Shown in pieces: positions 8,463 to 17,879 of a stretch of DNA of 64,000 nucleotides (positions are counted from its first letter, which is position 1; every line of letters starts with the position of its first letter). The position numbers and the translations under genes are program-made. A model generated the notes under the pieces. The model made no database searches and was not told the DNA's origin. It saw only the letters and a program-made list of their open reading frames with translations. Origin of the DNA: Methylococcaceae bacterium (lineage in GTDB: Bacteria > Pseudomonadota > Gammaproteobacteria > Methylococcales > Methylomonadaceae); NCBI GenBank assembly GCA_013141155.1, contig JABFRM010000145.1, positions 6,042 through 70,041 on the forward strand. Reading direction: 5' to 3'.

Positions 8463-9128
8463 TCACTTTTCATGTGTATTTATTGCCTGCGTATGCGAAC
8501 GTGCCGGATAAACAATTTGGTTACTTGCTACATCGCGCATCACCACGCTGCCCGCGCCGATAACACTGCCCGCGCCAATTTTGATGCCCTGAATGACTAT
8601 AGCCCCAGTGCCGATATGCACATGATCACCCACCTCAACCCCGCCACTTAGAACCACACCCGGGGCAATATGCACATGCTCACCGATGCGACAATCATGC
8701 TCGACAATCGCGCCGGTATTGATGATGCTGTTGGTGGCAATCTTGGCATCTGCCTGGATAATAACCCCCGCCATGACTTGTACACCTGTCATGAATTGTG
8801 CCGAAGGTGAAATAAGCGCGGTAGGGTCTAGCACAGTTTTAAAGACATAGCCTTGCGCACTAAAAGCCTTGAACAGACTAATACGCAAACCCCGGTCATT
8901 GGGGACTGAACCAATACCATTCACCAGTTCTATTTCATTGGGTTGATAGTTATTAACCACCTCATCCCCCCCTAATTTCGGCACGCCTAACAGTGTCGAA
9001 CCCATAACTGGGTAAGGATCGAGAAATCCCAGGAGCGGATGATGCAAACGCTGCAAAACTTCGATTAAGACTTTGGCATGTCCGCCGCCGCCTAAGAGGA
9101 TAAGGGGCTTAATCATTAAATAGCTCAA
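8463..9128 (-). CDS. neuD: NeuD/PglD-family sugar (sialic acid) O/N-acetyltransferase, left-handed beta-helix
   Basis: The N-terminal Rossmann-like segment is LILLGGGGHAKVLIEVL. The C-terminal half carries hexapeptide repeats (IGEHVHIAPGVVLSGGVEVGDHVHIGTGAIVIQGIKIGAGSVIGAGSVV). Confidence 0.8.
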   Translation of the reverse strand: MSYLMIKPLILLGGGGHAKVLIEVLQRLHHPLLGFLDPYPVMGSTLLGVPKLGGDEVVNNYQPNEIELVNGIGSVPNDRGLRISLFKAFSAQGYVFKTVLDPTALISPSAQFMTGVQVMAGVIIQADAKIATNSIINTGAIVEHDCRIGEHVHIAPGVVLSGGVEVGDHVHIGTGAIVIQGIKIGAGSVIGAGSVVMRDVASNQIVYPARSHTQAINTHEK

Positions 9129-9154
9129 ATAAATTGGTCTGTGTCATACGATTT

Positions 9155-9215
9155 CGAACGGGTTTACGCTTAGCCATGTTTCAATAAAGGTGCTTTACCC
9201 ACTGTAAATCATAGA
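9155..9215. repeat. Right copy (inverted) of the repeat flanking the neuD-like gene
   Basis: The reverse complement of 9155-9198 is GTAAAGCACCTTTATTGAAACATGGCTAAGCGTAAACCCGTTCG, which matches 8244-8287 at 39/44 positions. Confidence 0.65.
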
Positions 9216-9229
9216 GAGCCATAAAGTTT

Positions 9230-9901
9230 TTAAGCCTTAATTGCCATCAATGCAGGTTTACGACGGGCAACCTCTAATAAACCTATCAAGGCAGAAACAA
9301 AAAACCAAACCGCACCAGGGACGGGTACTGCACTTACATTTCCAGTGTAAGTGAAATTATCCATAGCAAATTGAGTGGTGTCATAGCCGGACGGCGAAAA
9401 CAACGAACTATATACGCCTCCCTCTGGGGCAAGGTATACAGTATCTATCCCCACAAAATTAAAACTAAAATAATTGGGGACATCGGCATTCACGGTAATA
9501 TCTTGGGCATATAACTGAACACCATTCTTAAGCCCTTGTGCATGTATAGTAAGACCATCTCTCCATGCCGCCGTAAAATAAGCGCCAATAAACGTAAAAT
9601 CAGTATTTGAAGAAACTACACCAGGATACCCATCTATGTTAAAAGCTACATTAGCCCCCGAAACTAAGCCATTAAAATATCCTACTTTACCTAAAGTAAA
9701 ATTAGCTGCATCAACATAACCCATAGTCCAGTTAAAGCCACCATAACTATTAGGTACTATATCTCCACCGACAGTCGAATGTGGTAAATCATCAAAAGTC
9801 AACACAGTAGCTTGAACAGTATTAACGCCCCACAAAAAAGAACATAACAAAACTGTTGCGACAGTATGTTTAAGTGACGATATCCAGTTAAATATGTTCA
9901 T
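9230..9901 (-). CDS. PEP-CTERM sorting-domain secreted protein
   Basis: It has a signal peptide, and the C-terminus VPVPGAVWFFVSALIGLLEVARRK is the classic PEP-CTERM layout (VPxP motif, TM helix, basic tail). Confidence 0.8.
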   Translation of the reverse strand: MNIFNWISSLKHTVATVLLCSFLWGVNTVQATVLTFDDLPHSTVGGDIVPNSYGGFNWTMGYVDAANFTLGKVGYFNGLVSGANVAFNIDGYPGVVSSNTDFTFIGAYFTAAWRDGLTIHAQGLKNGVQLYAQDITVNADVPNYFSFNFVGIDTVYLAPEGGVYSSLFSPSGYDTTQFAMDNFTYTGNVSAVPVPGAVWFFVSALIGLLEVARRKPALMAIKA

Positions 9902-10487
9902 TTTATTTCCTTATTTTGAGTAATGCGTTAACGTTGAATAACGAATTACAGTGTGTAAAATTAAATAATCTGTAATACAGGCTCTCATACAATAAAGCAG
10001 TCCTATTTAACAATTGAACCGCTATTGATGATTTTATTAATGCAATTTACATACCATTTAAAATTATTACAAAAAAATCAATGCAACAGCCAAAGCATCG
10101 CTCACCTAACATCTCGTCTAAAAATAAACAGAGTATTTAATTATTCACTGCATGGGTAGCGCTGCACTCTAACAGAATTAAAAACTCAGGAGTATGCACA
10201 AAACGAATTTGACAATTTGAAATGACAACTCCACCGGACTTGAGAGATTAATTTATAAATATTCAACTACCCACTGATTTTTTAAGGTAATAGGTATATT
10301 TTCATAACTAAGACAGTCTGTGACCAAACTTTGATGAAACGCTTTTGAGATTAAAACGTTAATAGTGTCGCCAATTAATTGGCAACCTGGTGCGTCACTT
10401 CATTGACAAACGATATTGAATCTGCGGTTACGAGAACTAACACTCGCCTCCATTTTAATGCCTGCTCTTAGCACATGTTCAAAATCG

Positions 10488-11165
10488 TCATTCAATGCAC
10501 TTAAGCAAATGGAAAGCTTCCGCATAGTCAACGCCAGCCGTTGCACCTCTATAGGTTGCCAATGCCTCAATATTTCTAATACTTCTTGGAAAAGGATGTT
10601 CCGCTAATTCGGAAGCATAAATACTCATCAACTCAATTTTTCGCTTAAAGTACGGGCTAATATCAACAAAATAATTGGGATAAAAGATATTTTCCGGTAG
10701 AGCGGCTGCGAATTCCGTTTCTGAAAGACACTCATACATTAAGATTTTTTTAATAAAGGGATAGCGAAAGCTTTTGGTACAGGCCATAACGGCTTGAAAC
10801 AAAACGCGGTGATCAGAATGTGCATCCGAACGATTAAGCACAAAAATGACTTCAGGCTTAAACTCCAAAAAACAGTGGCTAATCTTGCCAATTAATTGAC
10901 TGGGCGCAATGGCATCCAATTGTGTCGTTGGAAAATCTAATTGATATACTTTTTGAAAAGGAACTTGCTTGGCGACCTCAGCTATTTCTTGTTGCCGACC
11001 TTCTACTCTGGCTTTCGTATATCCTGCTGATTCACTCATATTCGTGGCAATAAGCCAAGCAATTTCAGCACCTTGACCCGCATATTTTAATAGCGTGCCA
11101 CCACAACCCAATACTTCATCATCTGGGTGAGCGGCTATTACTATAATTTTTTGTGCCCTTAACAT
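10488..11165 (-). CDS. PIG-L/LmbE-family N-acetyl-sugar deacetylase
   Basis: The N-terminal motif is VIAAHPDDEVLGCGGTL, and HSDH follows later in the protein. It overlaps the stop of the upstream neuC. Confidence 0.85.
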   Translation of the reverse strand: MLRAQKIIVIAAHPDDEVLGCGGTLLKYAGQGAEIAWLIATNMSESAGYTKARVEGRQQEIAEVAKQVPFQKVYQLDFPTTQLDAIAPSQLIGKISHCFLEFKPEVIFVLNRSDAHSDHRVLFQAVMACTKSFRYPFIKKILMYECLSETEFAAALPENIFYPNYFVDISPYFKRKIELMSIYASELAEHPFPRSIRNIEALATYRGATAGVDYAEAFHLLKCIE

Positions 11166-12331
11166 AAGTTTCGTTTAACCAGATAAGTTGAATCCTTTGC
11201 ATTAATTTTTTCCAACGTATTAACAATGATTTCAGCCGCATCCCCATTGCTATAAGGTGATATTAATTTGCTTACTTCATTTCTATAATCAAGATTGAAA
11301 CATGCGTTTTCAACTGCATGAACAATCAATTCCTTATTATGTGCTACAAATTCAACATTGCCTGCTTGTAATCTACCTTGTTGGCGATTGCCGATATTCA
11401 CGACTGGAATTTTATAAGTGGGCGCTTCTAAAATTCCCATGCTGGAATTACCAACCAGCGCTTTAGTATGTCTTAATAAATTAATAAACGCTAAACGCGG
11501 TAAGGTTTTATTAAACTTAAAATTTGGATTGCTCTCAAATTTTTTAATCACATTTAAAATATCACAAGCACCAGGATCGGTGTTAGGGTAAGACGCAACA
11601 ATTTTGAAATGATGTTTGACGGCAAATGTATTCAACGCGTCAAGCGTAATATCCATCTGTTCAGCCGCGTTATCTAACTCACTGGACAATGGATGCTTTA
11701 CCAAAACAATATAATTACCGTCAGCAATGTCAAAATTTAAATAGCTAGATAATTCATTTAAATCAAGAGGGGGGGTATTAATAATATTTTGAAGTGCCGG
11801 ATTGCCGCTAAATATCACCCGAAAATCATCTTCGTGTAAATGTTCAACCAAATTATCGGCATACAGTTGGGTAGTAGCAAAATGTAGATGAGCCAGTTTG
11901 GAACAAGCAACTCTAACAGGATCATCGGTATTTCCAAATACGGGGTCACCACCACCGATATGGACAGTCAGAATATTCATATAATTACCGACAATACACG
12001 TCGCAATACTTTCTTCACGATCCCCAACCACCAATAAAAAATCTGGCTTGACCCTTTCTACCGTTTGCGAAAGTGCGTAAATCAACATACCCACCCCTTT
12101 ACTGCGTTGCGTTTCACGATTGGTATTAAATAATGAATCAATTTTATCTGCAATCTTAAAACCGTCTTCTTCAATTTTTTTGTAGGTCAGTCCATGAAAA
12201 TCAGAAAGATGTGCAGAAGAGATGACCACTTCAACTTCAAACATATTGCTTTTACGCAGTTTGTCTATAACCGGAAATAAAATATCGTATTCACTTCTAA
12301 TTCCCGTAATTGCCAATACTTTTTTTTTCAT
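11159..12331 (-). CDS. neuC: UDP-N-acetylglucosamine 2-epimerase (hydrolysing), NeuC family
   Basis: The N-terminus KVLAITGIRSEYDILFPVI plus ...LVVGDREE... and ...HIGGGD... are typical of the NeuC/epimerase_2 family. It lies in the operon with neuB and neuA. Confidence 0.85.
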   Translation of the reverse strand: MKKKVLAITGIRSEYDILFPVIDKLRKSNMFEVEVVISSAHLSDFHGLTYKKIEEDGFKIADKIDSLFNTNRETQRSKGVGMLIYALSQTVERVKPDFLLVVGDREESIATCIVGNYMNILTVHIGGGDPVFGNTDDPVRVACSKLAHLHFATTQLYADNLVEHLHEDDFRVIFSGNPALQNIINTPPLDLNELSSYLNFDIADGNYIVLVKHPLSSELDNAAEQMDITLDALNTFAVKHHFKIVASYPNTDPGACDILNVIKKFESNPNFKFNKTLPRLAFINLLRHTKALVGNSSMGILEAPTYKIPVVNIGNRQQGRLQAGNVEFVAHNKELIVHAVENACFNLDYRNEVSKLISPYSNGDAAEIIVNTLEKINAKDSTYLVKRNLC

Positions 12332-13041
12332 TACAATACGATGTATGCAATATTAGGCTCAAAATAAAATTTATTTATTTTTAAATGATTTAACGAAAAT
12401 TTTTGCTCAAATAACGCTTTTGTCTCACCTGGCCAAGAAGCATTATTTATTTCATCGAATGCAATAATCCCTCCTTTAGGTACCCGAGTTAAAAAATATT
12501 CTAACGCAGCTTTTGTTGGTTCATATAAATCAAAGTCTAAAAATAATAAAGATATAATTAAATGCTGATTTTTTTCCATGAATTCTGGAATGGTTTTAGT
12601 TGCATCACCTTTTATTAATTCTACTTTATTAAATTGATTCAAAAATCTATTATCATCGAACTCAGTAATGGCATCATTAATATATTCAAAAGAGGATTTA
12701 CCTGCCGAAAACCCCCCAGTGACCAAATGATTATTTTCTTGAATATCGGTAAAATCGCTTTTATCCACTGATGGAAAACCTTCAAATGTATCAAAACCAT
12801 ACACTTTTCGGTGAATTGCCATAGGTTCTAGCCCAGCTGACATTTTAGCCCAAGCCATTAACCCACCGCCGTGATGAACGCCGCATTCAATTATGCTTCC
12901 CTTAACATCTAGGGTTTGCTTAAAAAGCTCGTAACGGGCAAGAAAACGCGTAAGACTTTGGCGTCTTACATATAATTCGAAATTATCCAGCTTACTTTGG
13001 ATAGAATAATGTGTATGTAAATTAAAATTATTTTCTTTCAT
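12331..13041 (-). CDS. TylF/MycF-like class I SAM-dependent (sugar O-)methyltransferase
   Basis: The SAM pocket reads GSIIECGVHHGGGL, followed by GFDTFEGFP and then LLFLDFDLYEPT (metal-binding DxD-like), as in macrocin-O-methyltransferase-type enzymes. Confidence 0.7.
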   Translation of the reverse strand: MKENNFNLHTHYSIQSKLDNFELYVRRQSLTRFLARYELFKQTLDVKGSIIECGVHHGGGLMAWAKMSAGLEPMAIHRKVYGFDTFEGFPSVDKSDFTDIQENNHLVTGGFSAGKSSFEYINDAITEFDDNRFLNQFNKVELIKGDATKTIPEFMEKNQHLIISLLFLDFDLYEPTKAALEYFLTRVPKGGIIAFDEINNASWPGETKALFEQKFSLNHLKINKFYFEPNIAYIVL

Positions 13042-13044
13042 TAT

Positions 13045-13722
13045 CTATTTCTCTAAAACAATATGAAAACGTGAATCAATGAGAACATTTTTTTCATTAA
13101 ATTCTTTTTTTGTATTTAACCATTTAATTTTCCAATTCGTTTCACTCAATAACTCTTTAACTCTCGCTATATCGTAGTAACTTTGGATCGTTCCTTTTTC
13201 ATGTAACGTGTCTACCACCTGATCATCAGCAATATTATTATTTACCTCAGCGGTAATTAAGGTTATAAAAAACAATTGACTGGTAGTTCGGTCAAACTCT
13301 TGAATTAATTTTTTTGCAACTTCAAAATTCATTGAATCCAAAACACTATCACATATCCCAAAGTCAAAAAAATCATCATCAAAATGTAATATTGGGTCTG
13401 AAATAGCTGTAAAGCTTATCTTTAACGATTCTTCAAATTTATTTTTCAATTCATTGGATGTCTGTATCGCGCCAGGTGAAAGATCTAAACCAAAAGCATT
13501 AAATCCAAATTCACTTAACAATATAGTTTGTCGTCCGACACCACAACCATAATCTAAAGCATTACCCGTTTTTATTTCAATTTTTTCAACATAAGTATCT
13601 ACCGAATTTTTTTTTCGTACAAATCTGTTCAGGAATTTAACCGTTTCATCTTTTGGATAATAAATATGATTCTCTCCGCGAGCGTAACTTTCATCCCAAA
13701 ATTTAGTTTTTAAATCAATCAT
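13045..13722 (-). CDS. Class I SAM-dependent methyltransferase
   Basis: Motif I is ALDYGCGVGRQT, followed by an acidic loop (FGLDLS). The gene is very AT-rich. Confidence 0.75.
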   Translation of the reverse strand: MIDLKTKFWDESYARGENHIYYPKDETVKFLNRFVRKKNSVDTYVEKIEIKTGNALDYGCGVGRQTILLSEFGFNAFGLDLSPGAIQTSNELKNKFEESLKISFTAISDPILHFDDDFFDFGICDSVLDSMNFEVAKKLIQEFDRTTSQLFFITLITAEVNNNIADDQVVDTLHEKGTIQSYYDIARVKELLSETNWKIKWLNTKKEFNEKNVLIDSRFHIVLEK

Positions 13723-13751
13723 AATATAATGCTTATTTAATGTTAGTTATT

Positions 13752-13961
13752 CCTGATTAGCAAGATGCTTCAGCCAGCGTCAAAAAAACCGTCATTCCGG
13801 CAAGGAAGCCGGAAGCCGGAATCCAGAGCCAGGGACGGTAAAATCCAGATACATTGCGCTCGATTTAAGCCCTATGCCAAATCATACATTCACATCCGTG
13901 TGACTGGATGCTGGCATCCCCCCAGTATGACGGTGTTGGCTGAAGCATCTTTATAATCAGG
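13752..13961. mobile_element. 210-bp MITE-like element inserted between two operon genes
   Basis: It has 27-bp terminal inverted repeats: CCTGATTAGCAAGATGCTTCAGCCAGC (13752-13778) and the reverse complement of 13935-13961 (CCTGATTATAAAGATGCTTCAGCCAAC), matching at 24/27. The interior is noticeably more GC-rich than the flanking AT-rich genes and contains CGTCATTCCGGC...GCCGGAAT hairpin modules. No transposase is present. Confidence 0.65.
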
Positions 13962-13969
13962 TGGTTATT

Positions 13970-14932
13970 TTAATTAGTATTTTTATAGATTTCAGAATAA
14001 TATCGAAACATAGAAACAGTATCGAAAGAACCCTCATCAATATTTAATTTAACAGGTTTTGATTTCAACAAATTTATAAAATTTTGTTTTAACGATGCAC
14101 AAGCCCGCAGTGATAAAATACTTCCACCACCAATTCTAGGATTTAAATCCGTAAGGAAGTAGCATCCTTTTTGTTCAATGAACTGAATACAATTAAATCC
14201 GCGAAAAGAAATTATGTTGCATATTTCTTTTACCAAATTAATTAACTCACTATTTTTAACAGTGGTTGCAGCCACTGCAATACCAGAATCAATTACCTCT
14301 CTTTTTCTAGGAACACAATTTAATAATTGCCCATCAAAATCACATAAAAAATCAACTGTAAACTCTTGTCCACGCAATTCTTCCTGAATAATATTTTTTT
14401 CATTCAACAGCGAATTATTCTGACTAAGATTATTTTTATTTAACAATTGAATACCCATGCTTCCGCGACCATTACGAGGCTTTAAAATCCAGTTTTTATT
14501 TCCACATACTGTTGCATTAAACTCATTCGCTAAATAAAATTCACCACAATTAAGTTTTTCGTTAACATTTTTATATAGTAAATATTTATCGGTTATAATT
14601 TTCAAAGCATTTAAATTAGGATGAAAAATATTACAGCTCAGCTTAGCAAATTCATGCTCATACTTAGCTAAATATAAAATTTCATTTTCAGGGCCTGAAA
14701 GTATACTTGACACCCTATTTTTCTTAATAATTTCTGAATATTTTTTTATTAAAAAGTCTTCATTTTCAACATTAGCTTTTGGCACAATATAGGCGGTATC
14801 AACGACATTTGCTCCGGCACTCATTAATGATAAGTCTGTACCAATAACCTGAATATTATTATCTTGCAATAACTGAATTATACCAACCGAAGGTAATGAT
14901 GAAATTGCTGAACGAATAACAGTATAATTCAT
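13970..14932 (-). CDS. ATP-grasp domain ligase
   Basis: The size and pattern fit an ATP-grasp protein (KPRNGRGSMGI, EELRGQEFTVDF, LTDLNPRIGGG). It overlaps the neuB stop by 4 nt. Confidence 0.7.
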   Translation of the reverse strand: MNYTVIRSAISSLPSVGIIQLLQDNNIQVIGTDLSLMSAGANVVDTAYIVPKANVENEDFLIKKYSEIIKKNRVSSILSGPENEILYLAKYEHEFAKLSCNIFHPNLNALKIITDKYLLYKNVNEKLNCGEFYLANEFNATVCGNKNWILKPRNGRGSMGIQLLNKNNLSQNNSLLNEKNIIQEELRGQEFTVDFLCDFDGQLLNCVPRKREVIDSGIAVAATTVKNSELINLVKEICNIISFRGFNCIQFIEQKGCYFLTDLNPRIGGGSILSLRACASLKQNFINLLKSKPVKLNIDEGSFDTVSMFRYYSEIYKNTN

Positions 14933-16092
14933 AATAAAACCAAATCTGTCATGTATATGACTTGCATTTTTTCAATAGAAGTATTAATAACCTTACCTTT
15001 AAGTTTTTCCCACTCCATCGGACTTATTCCATTACCAGGCCGACACGCAAAAACATTATCTTCACTTAATACATTACCCTTTTTAATAGCTGTTTTAGCA
15101 TGTAGGCTTTTGCGGCCTACTGACATATTAACCCGCTCACTGTTACTGGGCTGTTTAATACCATTACCTAATAACAGCTCTGTTGATCTAATTTGCTGCA
15201 CGTATTGTTTTAATTCATCCGGCTCTAATGAAGCCTTATGGTCAGGCCCCGGTAAATTTTTATCCAACGTAAAATGCTTTTCAATAACCACCGCGCCCAT
15301 TGCCACTGCGGCAATTGAAACATCCAATCCTGCGGTGTGGTCGCTATAGCCCACTGCGACATCGAACGCTTTTTGAATGGTTAGCATGGCACTTAAGTTA
15401 ACGTCTTCAATAGGTGACGGATACTGGCTATTACAGTGCAAAATCACCAGGTCGGCTTTTTTAACGCCAAAATCAAGAAGTACTTTTACCGCATTGCGAA
15501 TATCTTCCATATCGCTCATGCCGGTTGACAAGACAATCGGTAGACCTTTTTGGGCAATATTGCGTAAATAAAAATAATTGGTGATTTCTCCCGAAGGCAC
15601 TTTAAAAAAATCAATGCCCAGTTTAAATAAAAACGCAATACTTTCTTCATCAAAAGCAGTCGATAGAAATTTAATATGCTTACTTTCTGCATAGGCTTTT
15701 AGCACATAATGATCTTCATATTTAAGCTCCAGGCGCTTTAACATTGCAAACTGCGTTTCTTCACCACCCGTGTTTTCTTTTTGGTATGCGGCCTGCTCAG
15801 CGGTTTGGGTTACTAATTGTTCCGTTTTATAGGTTTGAAATTTCACATAATCAGCGCCCGCTTCAGCCGCAACATCAATGAGTTTCTTTGCCATTTCAAT
15901 GTCACCATTATGGTTAACGCCGGCTTCCGCTATAAACATCACTTTTCTCTTGGACACTATTAATCTCACTATATTGTCAATTTGGGCCATAAAGGCAGGA
16001 ATGCCACTCGGTATATTCACCACCCACTCAGCGTTTCTTAAATCCCCGTGCGTGTAATGTTGGTCAATTGCCAAACGGTACATAGAACTCAC
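14929..16092 (-). CDS. neuB: N-acetylneuraminate (nonulosonate) synthase
   Basis: The motif FIAEAGVNHNGDIEMAKKLIDVAAEAGADYVKFQT is present, together with a C-terminal SAF/antifreeze-like domain. The true start may be an internal Met (about 15990 or later). Confidence 0.9.
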   Translation of the reverse strand: MSSMYRLAIDQHYTHGDLRNAEWVVNIPSGIPAFMAQIDNIVRLIVSKRKVMFIAEAGVNHNGDIEMAKKLIDVAAEAGADYVKFQTYKTEQLVTQTAEQAAYQKENTGGEETQFAMLKRLELKYEDHYVLKAYAESKHIKFLSTAFDEESIAFLFKLGIDFFKVPSGEITNYFYLRNIAQKGLPIVLSTGMSDMEDIRNAVKVLLDFGVKKADLVILHCNSQYPSPIEDVNLSAMLTIQKAFDVAVGYSDHTAGLDVSIAAVAMGAVVIEKHFTLDKNLPGPDHKASLEPDELKQYVQQIRSTELLLGNGIKQPSNSERVNMSVGRKSLHAKTAIKKGNVLSEDNVFACRPGNGISPMEWEKLKGKVINTSIEKMQVIYMTDLVLL

Positions 16093-16126
16093 ACGGGGCA
16101 GGTCATTACCCTTGTCGTCATTTGCT

Positions 16127-16828
16127 TTATCCTACTAAATAAGCCTGCACAAAAGCTTCAGCCATTGCCCAATCCGTTAAGGTATCAATATCCAGGCTCA
16201 TCATGGCATCCATAACCAACGGCAAGGTTTTTTCTGCATAGACAGATTTTTTTTCCAATATCACTGCGGTTTTACATAAATACAGTGCGCCATTGGGGGT
16301 CAATAATGGCGCTATATCTTGTCTGCGCGTTTGGGTCACTTTGTCGGACAATGGCCTTAAAAAACCCGCTTCGAGATTAAACAGCGTGGTTAAATCCCGA
16401 TGAATTTCTTTACACCCAATGACGCCATCGGCTTGAGAGGTTTGCATCATCTCTAATGCTTGGTTAAGCATACCTGGTGCGCGAAAGGGCGAAGTCGGTT
16501 GTAATAACATCACTTGCTCGGGCAGATAGTGATATTTTTGTTCAAACCACTGCAAGGCATGTTCAGCTACCGCAAGGGTTGAGGTGCTATCTTCTGCATA
16601 AATTGGCGGTCGAATAAAGGGTACTGCTAAGCCTGTCGCTAGCCCTACTTCGGCATAACGATTGGAGTCTGTCGATAATATCGCCAAACAATTATCCAGC
16701 TTAGCGGTCTTTATTGCCTCTGCTGTCCAAGCGATTAAAGGCTTACCGCCCAATAATTTAATGTTTTTATCGGGAATGCCTTTTGAACCACTGCGGGCAG
16801 GAATAATAATGAAGGTTTTGATCAACAT
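16127..16828 (-). CDS. neuA: Acylneuraminate (nonulosonate) cytidylyltransferase
   Basis: The N-terminal motif IIPARSGSKGIPDKNIKLLGGKPLIAWT is characteristic of CMP-NeuAc synthetase-family enzymes. Confidence 0.85.
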   Translation of the reverse strand: MLIKTFIIIPARSGSKGIPDKNIKLLGGKPLIAWTAEAIKTAKLDNCLAILSTDSNRYAEVGLATGLAVPFIRPPIYAEDSTSTLAVAEHALQWFEQKYHYLPEQVMLLQPTSPFRAPGMLNQALEMMQTSQADGVIGCKEIHRDLTTLFNLEAGFLRPLSDKVTQTRRQDIAPLLTPNGALYLCKTAVILEKKSVYAEKTLPLVMDAMMSLDIDTLTDWAMAEAFVQAYLVG

Positions 16829-16946
16829 ATAAACGTCTATGAATGTCTACATCATTAGTGACTTGGATGGAATTTACACAATCTGTATTCCATTACTTGG
16901 TATTTCAGAAGCTTCATATAGGCTACCTGTGCGTATTTAGGTTTTT

Positions 16947-17879
16947 TTAAAGGTAATCAAATAACGACAACTTCTGCACTTTTGAAAAAGATTGCTGCGC
17001 AGCTTGCAACGTCGTTTCCTGTTGATTAAAACGACTCATGGCTTCGGCGTAATCCAAATCTTGAATATTAGATAAGCTGGATTTCATATCGACCATATAT
17101 TTTTCATTTTGATTTTGCTGTACATCGAGCGCATTCAAACGCGCACCTGTTTTTGCTTGGGTAGCCGTTATCGTTTGCAAGCCGGAATCCAGATCATTTA
17201 ACACTTTAGTCAACACCGCCTGATCAGTCGCTGGATTAGGATTGGCTAACGCTTCTCTAAAGGTACTCAAGGCATTGAAAATATTTTGTGCGTTGCCATT
17301 CACATCCTTAAAGGCAAATACATCAGAACCAGGATCACTGTCAGCAATTTGACGATCAGCCGACACCTGCAAAGATCTTTGCTCGGTACCGCCTTTATAA
17401 TCATACGTTTTAGGCGCTGTTGCGGGAATCGCTTCTTTAAAAGCAGCGGTTTTAGTCTGATAGCCAGAAAAAATATACTCGCCGCTCGCATTAGTGGTAT
17501 TGGCAAGTCCCTGCATATTGCCTAAAATTTGATCTATTTCATGCCCTATCGCCTGCTTATCCGTATCCTGTAAAGTGCCACTGTTTAAACTTTGTACCGC
17601 TAAATCACGCGCTCGTTGCAGAACATCCACCGCATTACTGAGTGTTGAATCTTCCAAGGTATTGTTCGTTTTCGCCGCATTAATATTTTCCTGATATTGC
17701 GTTGCTTGTGCCAACGTACTATCAAGGCTCAAAGCTTTAGCCGCTGCAACCGGATCATCAGCGGGCGTTAAGTTTTTTAAAGCACTGGCTAACTGCAATT
17801 CTGTTTTCACCATTTTTGCCTGCTGATTTTGCATGGCTTTAACGTTTAATTGCTGCGACCACGCTGTTGATATGCGCAT
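16947..17879 (-). CDS. flgL: Flagellar hook-associated protein 3 (hook-filament junction protein)
   Basis: The flagellin-like N-terminus is MRISTAWSQQLNVKAMQNQQ and the C-terminus is ...TLQAAQQSFSKVQKLSLFDYL. The track ORF extends to a GTG at 17933, but the MRIST Met (19th codon) is the likely start. My own nucleotide count around it may be off by 1. Confidence 0.85.
   Translation of the reverse strand: MRISTAWSQQLNVKAMQNQQAKMVKTELQLASALKNLTPADDPVAAAKALSLDSTLAQATQYQENINAAKTNNTLEDSTLSNAVDVLQRARDLAVQSLNSGTLQDTDKQAIGHEIDQILGNMQGLANTTNASGEYIFSGYQTKTAAFKEAIPATAPKTYDYKGGTEQRSLQVSADRQIADSDPGSDVFAFKDVNGNAQNIFNALSTFREALANPNPATDQAVLTKVLNDLDSGLQTITATQAKTGARLNALDVQQNQNEKYMVDMKSSLSNIQDLDYAEAMSRFNQQETTLQAAQQSFSKVQKLSLFDYL

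Noticed and set aside
13765-13956. 63-aa ORF between the methyltransferase and ATP-grasp genes
   Set aside because: It lies wholly within the 210-bp TIR-bounded MITE-like element. The translation is basic and low-complexity, and it has no Shine-Dalgarno sequence. It is better explained as non-coding repeat sequence.
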